Below, in pieces: positions 52,540 to 64,000 of a stretch of DNA of 64,000 nucleotides. Numbering within the stretch: the stretch's first letter is position 1; every line of letters starts with the position of its first letter. A program made the position numbers and the translations under genes. Source of the stretch: Eledone cirrhosa (lineage: Eukaryota); the NCBI GenBank assembly GCA_964016885.1, contig OZ024740.1:285200001-285264000 (forward strand). The letters run 5' to 3'. Below the pieces are notes generated by a model. The model saw only the letters and a program-made list of their open reading frames with translations. It was not told the origin of the DNA and did not search any database.

Positions 52540-53075
52540 AACATGGTCACTCTCTGTAACTGGTGGGATTGGAAGGGTGTTATATATATTATGAGCTCCT
52601 TCCACAAATTCAAACATTAAATTCAGGCTATCATTGTTCTCAATTAGACTGATTAAAGAAAGTAATTGAGGAAAAACATCCAGAATTGGCAAACTGGAAG
52701 TGTGTGGTCATACATCAAAACAACACTAAACCACACGTTTTTTTGCAGACCTAACAGAAATTGGTACAGCTTGTCTGTGATGTCCTATATTCACCTGACC
52801 TTGAACCTTTGAATTATCATCTATTCCAATCCCCATAACATTTTCTTAATGGGAAGAACTTTGATTCTTTACAATACTGCAAAAACCATCTAGACAATTT
52901 ATGACCGAGAAAGATGCCAAGTTCTGGGTGGATGGGATCATGAAGTTGCCTCAAAGATGGCAAATGGTAGTGGAACAAAATGGAAAATATGTGGTTGAAT
53001 AAAGATATGTACAATTATTTAAATACTCATAATGAATGTCATTTAAAAATCACTATGCACTTTTGTTACAACCCT
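52540..53075 (+). mobile_element. Degenerate mariner 3' remnant
   Basis: PYSPDLEPLNYHLFQS, GIMKLPQRWQMVVEQNGKYVVE* and a TIR-like end. Confidence 0.7.
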
Positions 53076-53356
53076 ATATATATATATATATCGAATATCA
53101 CCCGCTCCACTGACACCCAATGCAATGCAACCATGTAGCTAGGTTTAGCCCCTGGCCTGACTACACAGGATACCTTCAATCCCACTGTCAATAATACCTG
53201 TTCATTATCAATGCACGACTCCATCAATATGCCTGTCTCCACCATCATCCATGCATGGCTAACCATTAGCTCTCATTCTCTCCTCTTTGTCATTATACTA
53301 TCACTAGTCAGCATCACTCTCGTCTGACTCCTCCTTAGTCACATTTGCTACTATTC

Positions 53357-54160
53357 ATCATCATCATCATTTTACGTCCGCTCTTCCCTGCTTGCAAAGG
53401 TGGGACGGGTCTTATTCAGCACAGCATCTCTCCACTCGTCACGGTCCTTCGTCATCTCCACCGTAAGCTTCAACGATCTGAGGTCTGTTCTCACCACCTC
53501 CGCCCATGTTTTTTATGGTCTACCTCTACCACGTCTTCCTTCCTCTGGCATTTCCCGGCACTTCTTCACCCATCAGTCATCCTCCATGGTCACCTAGGTA
53601 CTGAAGCTATCAACCACTTTTATAGAACCTACCTGCATTTGAAAAATGTGTCTATCAATGCGACTTCTACTGTCAAATTTCCCTGTACATCTACTGCATA
53701 CGTAGTTTTCCCTACCTGTTAGTTTGCCTGCTATCCCACTACATCTCGTGTGTACCCAAGATCTGCATTGTGTACATTTTATAGAATGTATGCCAGTTCC
53801 TTTTCTGCATATCGAACATGGCCATCAGAGTTTTGTCCTCTTTTCTACTTATCAACACTAATCTGATCTCCTACGTACCGGAAGCTATCCACCACTTCTA
53901 TAGCACCCTCCTGCATTTGAAAAATGTGTCTATCAATGTGACTTCTACTGTCTAATTTCTCTGTACATCTACTGCATACATATTTGCCTACGACTAGTCT
54001 CGCAGAGGCACCTCTCCATCTCACCTCTTGCACGCAGCACACATCCACATGCCTTCTCTCCAGCATCTCCGCTATTTCAGCAGATCTACCTCTGAGAGTG
54101 CCAACATTAAGTGTTGCAACTCTGAGATGCGACGTCTTCATATTTTGTTGTTGTTCCTAT
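53357..54160 (-). mobile_element. Rearranged, internally deleted RTE
   Basis: ORF 53845-54141 fuses the endonuclease N-terminus (LNVGTL..CCVQEVRW) to the PHD/thumb segment; that segment is duplicated at 53590-53830; 3' end at 53357-53590. Confidence 0.8.
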
Positions 54161-54529
54161 CTATTTGTTGCTGTGCTGCTAAGTGTGTTGGCATTGATAC
54201 ACTGGTTGAATGCCCTTCCTAACACCAGCGCCACTTTACAGCATGGACTGGGTGCTTTTATTTGTGCCACCAGCACTAGAGAGGATGTCTTACTAGACTC
54301 AAGGGCCCTCTCAACCCTTCCATTTTACAGCATGGTCATAAAAAAAAAAAACACTTATTGACACGACACGCACACTCACACACCAACACTCATGCATACA
54401 AATACACACATATATATATATATATTACCGGCAGTACTGATTCAAAATCAAAATCATGTCAACTGTTGACTTTTCCCAGTCCAGTTCAGTTTTTATATAA
54501 TAATAATAATAATAATTGTTTGCTTTACG

Positions 54530-55223
54530 CTGGTGATGGTGGTGGATGGTGTCAGCGATGGTGGTGGTGGTGGTGGATGGTGTCAGTGATGGTGGTGGTG
54601 GATGGTGTCAGTCATGGTGGTGGTGGTGTCGGTGATGGTGGTGGTGGTGGTAGTGGTGAAGGTGGTGGATGGTGTCAGTGGTGGTGATGGTGGTGGTGGT
54701 GGTGGATGGTGCTAGTGATGGTGGTGGTGGTAGTAGTGGTGGTGGTGAAGGTGGTGGATGGTGTCAGTAATGGTGGTGATGGCGGTGGTGGTGGATGGTG
54801 CCAGTAATGGTGGTGGTGGTGGTTGTGGTGGTGGATGGTGCCAGTGATGGTGGTGGTGGTGATGGTGGTGAAGGTGGTGGATAGTGTCAGTATTGTGATG
54901 GTGGTGGTGGTGGCAGTTGTTGTTGTTATTGTTGTTATTGTTGTGCTGTTGTTGTTGTTGTTGTTGCTGCTGCTGCTGCCGTTGTTGTTGTTCTTCATTT
55001 CACTGATGCTGCTGCTGCAGACAATGGTGCTGTTGCTGTTATTGTAGTCGCATATATATAAATACATACATACACACACATTCAACACAGACAATGGTGT
55101 TGTTGCTGTTGTTGCTGTTGTTGTTGCAGTTGTAGTTGCTGCTGCTGCCGTTGTTGCTGTTCTTCATTTTACCGATGCTGCTGCTGCAGACAATGGTGCT
55201 GTTGCTGTTATTGTAGTCGCATA
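54530..55223. repeat. Cryptic (GGT)n/(GTT)n/(GCT)n low-complexity block with a ~68-bp direct duplication
   Basis: GGATGGTGTCAGT-punctuated repeats; 54987-55054 is repeated at 55155-55223. Confidence 0.85.
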
Positions 55224-55312
55224 GGGTCCGTCGAGCCGCCGATTATTGAGTCGGGTAGGATCGATACAGATCGAACCTTGAGCTGATCAGTGGCGAAACG
55301 CGCGTCACCTAC
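55221..55312 (+). ncRNA. Hammerhead-like motif with long domain II (homologous to 1729-1822)
   Basis: TAGGGT-CCGTCGA-GCCGCCGATTA...TGATCAGTGGC-GAAAC-GCGC-GTC^ACCTAC, then AATAAA. Confidence 0.6.
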
Positions 55313-55357
55313 CAATAAATGCAATGAAGGAGTAATCAAACGTCCTTGTTATCCTTT

Positions 55358-55421
<64 letters not shown>

Positions 55422-56343
55422 GTGAGTTTGATTCCTGTACCGGGTGGTGCGTTAGGTCTTCGAGCAAGACACTTTATTTCACATTGCTCCTTCTATCTGG
55501 AGTTGCGACCAATAGAGAGTATTAGCAATTGGAAAGACCAATAGAAACATTGTTTCCTCAGTCCGATTTCACTGAAGTCGATCGACTGTTGGTATATATA
55601 TGCCAATTTCCAGGTCACCCACCAACATAATGAGTTTCAATTGTAAATTGATACATGCATCCGGTGTTAGTTGTCAATGTATGCTGCAGTCTTCCACTTA
55701 ATAAAATCTTTTGATCATGACCATTAACATGGCATTCTTCCCCTCAGTATTTAGTATGAATCCCCATTGACTTAACTCTAGTTCTTCTGCTGATCTCATG
55801 CCACCCCATCATGAGGAGGGTGATTTTTGGACACCCTGTGGGATGAAAAACAGAACTTGTCAAAGGGCAGAGGAACTCAAAAGAATCAATGACCACCCAA
55901 TAGTGTGTATATATGCTTGTGCATGTATGATTACCTTGTGGTGGGGGGACTTATGTGCTCATTTGATCCAGATGACTTTACTGGTAGGTCTAACTATACA
56001 CACATATATATATATATATATATATACATGTAATAAAAGACTAATAATTTTCAAAAAGTCGGTACAGTGCAGTAGAAAAATACAAAGCACAATATATGTA
56101 TATATATATATATATTCAGCTCCACATTTGAAAAGCGGGTAATAGCTCTGAAATATTATGTTGAAATACATTGGGTAAAACATTACTTTGTTGTGTTTTA
56201 TTTGTCATCATTTGCTCTTTGTATTTTTCTACTGCATTGTACCGGTTTTTTGAAAATTATTGGTCTTTTATTGCATATCTCACAATGCTTCATATTAAAT
56301 AGATAAATATATATAATATATGGTGTAGTTAATATGAAGCATT

Positions 56344-56401
<58 letters not shown>

Positions 56402-57317
56402 CACATATATATATGTATCTCTCTCTCTCTATATATATATATAGAGAGAGAGAAAATGGAATTGGGAATAGCACAAAAAGTATATTTAAAGGATCTGTTT
56501 TTCTTTTTTTCTTCTTTGATTTGTCAAAGTGACATTATTGAAAATATGAGAAAGACAATTCTTTAAAAAAAAAAGTTTTATAATGTATATAAAATATAAC
56601 TGGTTTTGATGTATCAGTGTAATCCATCTTATCAAATGTTGAATATTACAATTAAAAAGAATTAAAAATTGAAGATTTAAAATTAAGTGTTGAAGCAGGT
56701 TTGTTCATCTTTCTTGTTGAGAAGAAGACTGGATATAAAATGGAATCTTATATATAGGGAGAGAGGTAGTCATAGTAGTAGTAGAAGTAGTAGTGGTGGT
56801 AGTTGTGTCTTTTCACAGAACAAAATTCTTTTTAGGAAATTTTCTGTATATATGTGTGTGAATATCTCAATTGTGTTAAAGGACTGGTCAAGAGTTCAGA
56901 TGGGGGTGGTAAAGAGGGTAAATATAAGCTAGAGACGAATTCTATGGGTGAGAGAGGTAAATGGGATTGGCAAATGTAGGGTTGTGTATATATAATCACA
57001 TACATGAGTGTGTGCACGTGTGCATAAGTACATACTCACACATATATACGTGTGTGTGCGTGACTTATTGTAAGTGTGATGGGATCAAAATTTGGTCAGA
57101 GAAATATTTTGTGGGGAAAGAAAGAAAAAAAAAGGAAAGAAAAAATTTTTTTTTTAATAATTATATATAGTAGTTAGACTCCTGCTAATATAGTCATCTG
57201 GATCAAATGATCACATAAGCTACTCCACTACATTAATAATAAGTAAATCTGTTATTGGAAAGAACATCTCCAAAAATGACTAAAATAGTTAAACAAACTT
57301 TGTATATGCATCACTAT

Positions 57318-57700
57318 CATCATCATTTCTACGTCCGCTTTTCCATGCTTGCAAGGGTTGCACAGATCCTTTTCAGTACAGCATCTCTCCACTCAGTGTG
57401 TTCTTTCATCATCTCTGGGTTTCAGTGATTTGAGATCAGTTCTCACCATCTCTGCCCAAGTCTTTCTTGGTCTACCTCTACTGTGGCTTCCTTCCACTGG
57501 GATTTCCTGGCATTTGTTCACCCAGCGATCATCATCATTGCACATCACATACCCATACCAACAGTCTTCTCTTTTGCACACCACTTTGGATTCCTCTTAA
57601 ACCCAGTTTCTTTCTCAGTTCACCTAAGCTCTGCCTTTCTCTCACATTTACATTGCACATCCAATGAAGCATAGTTGCTTCATTTCTTTCCAGTCTACAC
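57318..57700 (-). mobile_element. RTE 3' fragment
   Basis: WYGYVM..DDRWVNKC..GRPRKTWAEMVRTDL. Confidence 0.8.
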
Positions 57701-57725
57701 AGTCTGTGTATATATATATATATAT

Positions 57726-57726
<1 letters not shown>

Positions 57727-57764
<38 letters not shown>

Positions 57765-60700
57765 GTTTAATGTCTATCTTCCACACTAGCATGGGTTAGA
57801 CGGGAATTGTCCCACTTGAGGCAAGATTGGTCGGGTGACCGTGTCTTGCTCGTATAGGACTGTCTGGCAGGTTTTCTATGGCTGGATGCCCTTCCTAACA
57901 CCAACCACATTTCATTTACAGTGTGGACTGGGAGGTTTTTACCATGTTACCTATACGGCCACATTACAGCGTGGACTGTGTTTTTTTGTTGTGACACCTA
58001 CATGACCTCATTAGTTTGGAACATAACTTTATAGAGAAAGGGTAGTGTTGGTGGGAGTGGGAGGATGGAGTAGGGGTAGTGGGTTGGGGTGTATATTTGG
58101 TTAAGAGGTGCCTACTGACTGTAGGTTTTGCTTTGTACATAGGCAAGGTGGGTCTTCTGTATTACTGCGTGGTGCCAAAGTTCTCAGTCCAGTGACATTG
58201 TTTTAGAGAGGTGTAAGTGTGTAAGGTTAGAATTTATCAAATCGTCCCAGGTTTTTCTGGGTCTGCCTACTCTGTAACTGCCATCTATTTTGATCGCCCT
58301 GCACTTTTTTGTACAGCTGTCATCTTTCATGCGCATCACGTGGCCATACCAATGTAGTCTTCTCTCAAGTAAACAACATCTGATCCCTCTTATTCCTAAT
58401 TTCTCACTTAGTTCATTTATGTTTTGCCATTCGCGTATATTACTATTACACGTCCAATGGAGCATACATGCTTCATTCCTTTCAGAGCACACTACACCAC
58501 TGCTTATTTTGTCACCCAGGTAACGGAAGGTGTCCACTATTTCTATAGAACCATCTGGGCAATAGAAGGAGCTAGTATCCTGTGGGCACTTGCTACTTAT
58601 TGCACCTGAACATCGGCCACATATAAAATCTACGTTCTTAGTTAGCTTACCTGTGATCCCACTACATCTTTTATGTACCCATAGTTTGCATTTGGGACAT
58701 AAAATGGAATTTCTACCTACATCTTTTCTACACACTGAGCATGGCCATTTCCTAGAGGGTACCTGTGCCCTATTTTCCTTTCTACATACAAGAACCTTAG
58801 TCTTAGACAAGTTAACTTTAAGGCCTTTTGATTCTAGGCCATGCTTCCATGTTTGGAGTTTCTTCTCTAGTTCAGCCATAGATTCAGCTATGAGAGTTAG
58901 ATCATCTGCATATAGAAGTTCCCATGGGCAGCCGGTCTTGAACTCCTCTGTTATAGCCTGAAGGGCTGTTAGAGCCTTGAAGAACACAAAATTTTACGCT
59001 AAATTCTTCACTATATTCGTTGTTAATTCTAACCTTGCTGACTGTTTCTTTATGGCTTGTATAGTTCTCACAAATTATTCATCTACACCTAGTTTTCTAA
59101 GAGCCCACAAGATAATGGAGCGGGGGACTCTGTCAAAGGCTTTCTCCAAATCAACAAAAGCTAAGTAGAGGGGTTTACTTTTAGCTAGGTACTTCTCCTG
59201 TAGTTGTCGTACAAGGAAAAGAGCATCTGTGGTACTTTTACCTGACACAAACCCAAACTGCATTTCATCTAGATCAATTCTCTCTCTGATTAGTTGTGCT
59301 ATAACTCTTTCTGTGACCTTCATGACCTGGTCAACTAACTTAATGCCTCTATAGTTTCCCCTATCTAGAGCATCTCCTTTACCCTTGTAGCAGTTAATGA
59401 TGATGATGCTACGCCAGTCATTTGGTATGACCCCATTCTGTATTATTTGGTTTACTATCCGGGTTACCATAGTATGTCCCACCATTCCAGATGCTTTCAA
59501 CAACTATCTCCAAAGGTCCAGCTGCCTTGCCTGTCTTCATATCTTTGATTGCCTTACTTATTATACTACCTTTAACTTGCACTGCTGGTCCCTCTATTGG
59601 ATCGATTTGGGGAAGTCTATCTTTTTCCCATTTATTCACCTCATTTAGTAGTCTCACGTAGTGACACTTCAAAGCTACCTTCTAATCAGTATCAGTGAGG
59701 GAAAGTACACCATCATCATTACGGACACACTTCTCCCCGACAATATCACGGTTTTCCTTGACACATTGTCTTGCAATCCTGAACACCTCACGTTTATGGT
59801 CTCGCGTTGTAGAACATGCTTGAACTTTCTATCCTCTGCTTCCCTTCTTGGAAAGTACACTTGCCTCCTAGCTTCTCTCCTGGCCACTTGATAGTGTTCT
59901 CTACTTCCCCCATCCCGCCATACTTTCCAAGCCTGCTTTTTGGCCTTGATTGTCTCCTCCACCTTACTGTTCCACCACCAAGTTACTCTCCTCCTGTCTA
60001 TAGGTCTGCTCCAGCCACAGATTTCATCTGTCACCTTCAGCAGGTTAACTTTCAAGAATTCACACTGTTCCTCTATATTGTACATCTCTAATTGCTCTTC
60101 CTTACTGTCAAAAGCATCAAGTAATATGCTTTTAAATTTGTTACTGACTGTGGGGTCTTTCAACTTCCATATTCTTCTCCTCAGAGTAGTCCTCCTCTGT
60201 CATCGAGTACATCTAATCCTGACTATGAGGTCACTAACTATGAGGCTATGTTGGGAGGTGCATTCTTCACAAGGGAAGGATTTAGTGTTTACAACAGACA
60301 CTCTGTCACATCTTCTAGTAAGGATATAATCTATCTGGCTGGCGTGTTCCCCTGATCTATAGGTGATCAAGTGATTGTCTCGTTTTTTTTAAGTTTGTGT
60401 TACAGATATGTTTCTTTATTAGCCAGAGGGGCACAAAAGAAGGAGACAAATACAAAGGGGGAAGTTTACATACAATAAAAATGTGTAAAATATTATCACA
60501 AATGCAATTTAAAAATTAGTCGATTTTCCCCAATAGGGGAGACATTACATATGGGTAACACATACCCCCGAAAAAAAATGTGCAACCCTCATCTCCAGGA
60601 GTACGAAGAGTTTGTACTCCTTTCCTCTCCTCCTCTTTTTCCTCAACCTACAGGCTGATATAGAGAGAAGGCCCATTCACTCGGGCCATTCTCGCCACTT

Positions 60701-61325
60701 TCACCCACCTTTCATAAAACTTGCTGGGGTACAGCACCTCTCTCTCCATCCTGATTCTTCTTCCAAGGTGGTATTTGAAAAAAAGAATCAGTTGTTGGCC
60801 GGAGAGATAGGTGTCTGACCTCAGCCCTTTCAACCTTGTCCACCATACAACCTCTTTCGCCATAGCTATCACACAAAGGAAATGTTACAGATAGTTAGCT
60901 TATTAGCGTCACAGAATTCCAGGATTCTGAAGCTTTCCTCATTTCTAGTACCAAACCCTTGGCCTCCATGGATTCCGTCATAGCCATCACAATGTTGTCC
61001 AACATGACCATTTAGGTCGCCAGCAATAATTATGCAGTCACTATCGGTTATTTGGGAGGTAGTGAGCATTAGCGACTCATAGAAACTGTCTTTTATAATG
61101 TCAGGTAGGCCAGATTGGGATGCATAAGCGGATATTATTGTCACAGTAATTCTATTTAGGACAAGTCTTATTTTAATTATTCTGTCGTTCACTCTATTTA
61201 CGGCAATTACCTTATCTACCCATTTTTCTGCTAACATAATTCCTACTCCATCCAGCCCATTGTCATTTCCCACCCAGAAAAGTTTATAGCATCATTTTTT
61301 AACCACAATGAATCTAGCAGACCCA
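57727..61325 (-). mobile_element. Near-full-length RTE LINE (endonuclease, RT, PHD-like finger, tail), disrupted
   Basis: ORFs 60869-61273 (EN), 59675-60163, 59075-59503 and 58184-58987; (GAT)n tail at 57727-57763. Confidence 0.95.
60409..60882 (-). mobile_element. Tx1/L1-clade LINE 3' fragment inserted in the RTE endonuclease
   Basis: 11-bp TSD TGTTACAGATA (60398-60408 and 60883-60893); AKEVVWWTR...F...L..RIRMERE.L....F..RW C-terminus; AATAAA at the 3' end. Confidence 0.75.
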
Positions 61326-61489
61326 CATATATATGTATATATATATAATATATATATTTATATATTTGCATGCATATACGTCTCAGATGATCATCCAAAG
61401 TTTATTTGGCTATTTTAGTCATTTTTGAAGATGTTCTTTCCAATAACAGATTTACTTAGTACTAATGACATTGGTTAAAATCAACTTAC

Positions 61490-61572
61490 TACGTCGGCAT
61501 TTCTGTACACTTCTGCTTCAATGCAGGCTTTATCAATAATGTCAACCATACCACTTTTATTCAATGGTGTTC
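61490..61572 (-). CDS. Internal coding exon of a BtpA/SgcQ-family gene: (G)TPLNKSGMVDIIDKACIEAEVYRNADV
   Basis: Acceptor ttttttctactccttAG and donor GTAAG on the minus strand; 83 nt, phase 1 in and phase 0 out. It resembles the BtpA segment that follows 'LPG.P' and joins in frame to the DSIMLENMHD exon. Confidence 0.85.
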
Positions 61573-62437
61573 CTAAGGAGTAGAAAAAAATGGCAAATTA
61601 AAAATTAACTGGTGAAGAAATGTTTTTGAAATTAAATTAAATTAAATTAAGGCCTGTATCTCACAAAATCCCAGCTAAGCCTTTTACTTTTCATTCATAT
61701 TTCTCAATTAACTGTCAATTTTTATTATAATAGTAATAGCTGGAAACGTTCATGAATCTGCTCGATTGCTGCCTTCTATCTATCTATCTATTTATCTAGC
61801 AATCTACCATTCTCTTTCCTCACCTCTTAAACCTACTATCGTTTAACCTTCTTTCACCACAATCCGATAAACACTTGAAAAATTTTAGCTGCCCAGTCTG
61901 TAGGCCTGCATCTAATGAAATCCCTTTTACCTTTGTTTTCATTCATATCTGTAATCATATTTCTCAGTTAACACCTAATTTTTATTATAATATTTGAAAA
62001 CTTTCATGAATTTTCTCGTGTCTTGATGACATGCCCAACTGCCACCATATCCCACCTGCACACCCCCTTTCCACCACCTTCCTATCTGTCTAACTACTTT
62101 TCTCTCCCTCTTTCTTAAATTCATATGCCTGCATGGGGTAATCACAGGTTCTGTGAGCTGTGGAAAAGGCATCCCATCTCAGAGAGTTTCAAATAAAAAA
62201 GACAGTATGTGGAAGACATGGGCTCCGCAAGCTTAGTAAAGGCAACCCATTTAAGAGAGCAGTCACTCAAAATTAAAACTGACACAGGATAGAGATGACT
62301 CTTTAGTACTGGTGGCATGATGAAATACACCAAGTCTACACTGTAAAGTGATTGGTTATAAGGACATCCAATCAGTAAAACCCTGCTAAAATCTATGATA
62401 AACACAATATATAAGATTTACACTAATTGTGTATACA

Positions 62438-63815
62438 GGACTAACACTAGTCATGTTAGTGCTGTGCACAGTAGTGGGGTTGCTAACCTAGCCTTGTGTG
62501 AGAACTTCTCAATCATCATCAACTGATCGCACAACTACCTTTCCTTTCAGGTATAGAAAACTACTAAACAGAATGACCAAACTACCGCTGAGAGGTAACA
62601 CATTTCAGGGCTGCCACCCTTAACATGAGCACACTGAAAAATAGATCCAGGAAAATTGGGGTAATATTCAAGAGGAGATGTGTAAAAGAGGTGAGATGGA
62701 GAGGTGCCTCAGCAAGACTACTCACAGACAAACAGGATAAATATAAGCTTTTCTTGATTGTATATGATGATAAGGATAGGAGAAGTAGACCTCCTACTAA
62801 CTGAGAAGTATATATATATATATAATGTACTTAAGGTAGTTAGAGGGACAGAATTATCAAGCAATAGAATGGCTAGAATTATCTCTTGCTATGCACCACA
62901 AGCAGGGTTAATTAAAAAACAAAAAGATTGTTTCTACGAGAAACTCCAACAGGCACCCTGAGTTACAGAAGACAGAGACCTCATCATCCTAGCTGACAAA
63001 TTCAATTGACATGTTGAGCAGCACCAGGATGGCTACAGTTACAGTGCAAGAAATGAAAAGATAGTGAGACTCCTAGAATTCTGCAATGCAAATGAACTAT
63101 TTGCAACACTAACACTAAGTAGTTTAGTAAGTTGGAATAGAGACAGGATCTTGTTCTCATCAGGAAAGTGACCCTGTTTGATATGTAGAAAAGGAGTAGG
63201 TAGAAATTTTATATGATATACAAGAGGTGCAGTGTGATAGCAGACAGACTAACAGATGCACAGCGATAATTGATAGTAAGAGCATAAGTGAAATAAACTT
63301 TTTCCAGTCCTAGGAAGGACCCATAGAAGTGGTTGATAGCTTCAGCTACCTAGATTATTTAATTAGTAGTAGAGAAGGTTGCAGTGAGAGCATGATAGCT
63401 AGGATAATAGGATGGAAAAGTTTAGGGAGCTACTACCTTTGTTGACAACAAAAACTTTCTTTCTACAAATGAATGGTTGGCTGCATGATGTCTGTGTGTA
63501 AAGTGCAATATTACATTGTAGTGAGACTTGGGAAATTAAAGCAAAAGTTATGCAAAGGCTAGAGAGAAATGAAGCAAGCATGCTCCATTGGATGTGCAAT
63601 GCTAATGCATGAATGTGCTGATAGAAACGGTAGATAAAAGAGAAATCAGATGTAGTGTGCAGGAGAGAAGACTGTATTGGTATGGGCCTGTGATGCAAAT
63701 GAATGACAATTGTTGGGTGGAGAGACACTGTACTTAAATAAACCCGTCCAACCATTGCAAGATTGGAAAAACAGATATAAAATGATGAAGATGATGATGG
63801 TGGTGATGATGATGA
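62438..63815 (+). mobile_element. Old internally deleted RTE (leader, EN remnants, PHD and C-terminus)
   Basis: Leader similar to 22791; YAPQAG, LLEFC.ANEL, CRKGVGRN and ERRLYWYG motifs; (GAT)n tail. Confidence 0.75.
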
Positions 63816-64000
63816 GCCTCAACTAATGAATAATTGATGGAAATTTTAATAGATATATTTTAATACTCTTACTCTATGTATTACACAATAGCAAGAGCAA
63901 CAGTAGTAGTAGTACACAATAGTTATATAATTCACATTTACTTGAGAGCAATATTTAGATTTATAAATAATTTGTAATGTTATTCATACAATGGGTCTAA

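Noticed and set aside
61925-61975. Potential upstream exon (AAG|GTAAAA donor on the minus strand)
   Set aside because: Does not encode the expected IGMxHxxALP motif; the first exon probably lies outside the window.

Overview
AT-rich, microsatellite-laden animal genomic DNA. The repeat repertoire (tRNA-derived SINEs, RTE LINEs with (GAT)n tails, mariner, piggyBac-like MITEs) suggests an octopus or other cephalopod; this is inferred. The only host gene found is two small minus-strand exons (61490-61572, 32736-32922) of a BtpA/SgcQ-family protein. They are separated by a 28.6-kb intron and followed by more than 32 kb with no further recognisable exon. The rest is nested transposon debris: RTE (with an internal PHD-like finger), CR1/L2, Tx1/L1, Penelope, mariner, Tigger-like and TTAA MITEs, Helitrons and SINEs. 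The most notable signal is non-coding: about a dozen minimal type-I hammerhead ribozyme (HHR) motifs, intact or degenerate, from several unrelated families. One family forms an ORF-less tandem repeat with two intact HHRs 429 nt apart, in the sense orientation of the host intron (a candidate non-LTR retrozyme or circular-RNA source). Four long fold-back inverted repeats carry an outward-facing HHR, whole or partial, in each arm. A further HHR family has an unusually long, conserved domain II.
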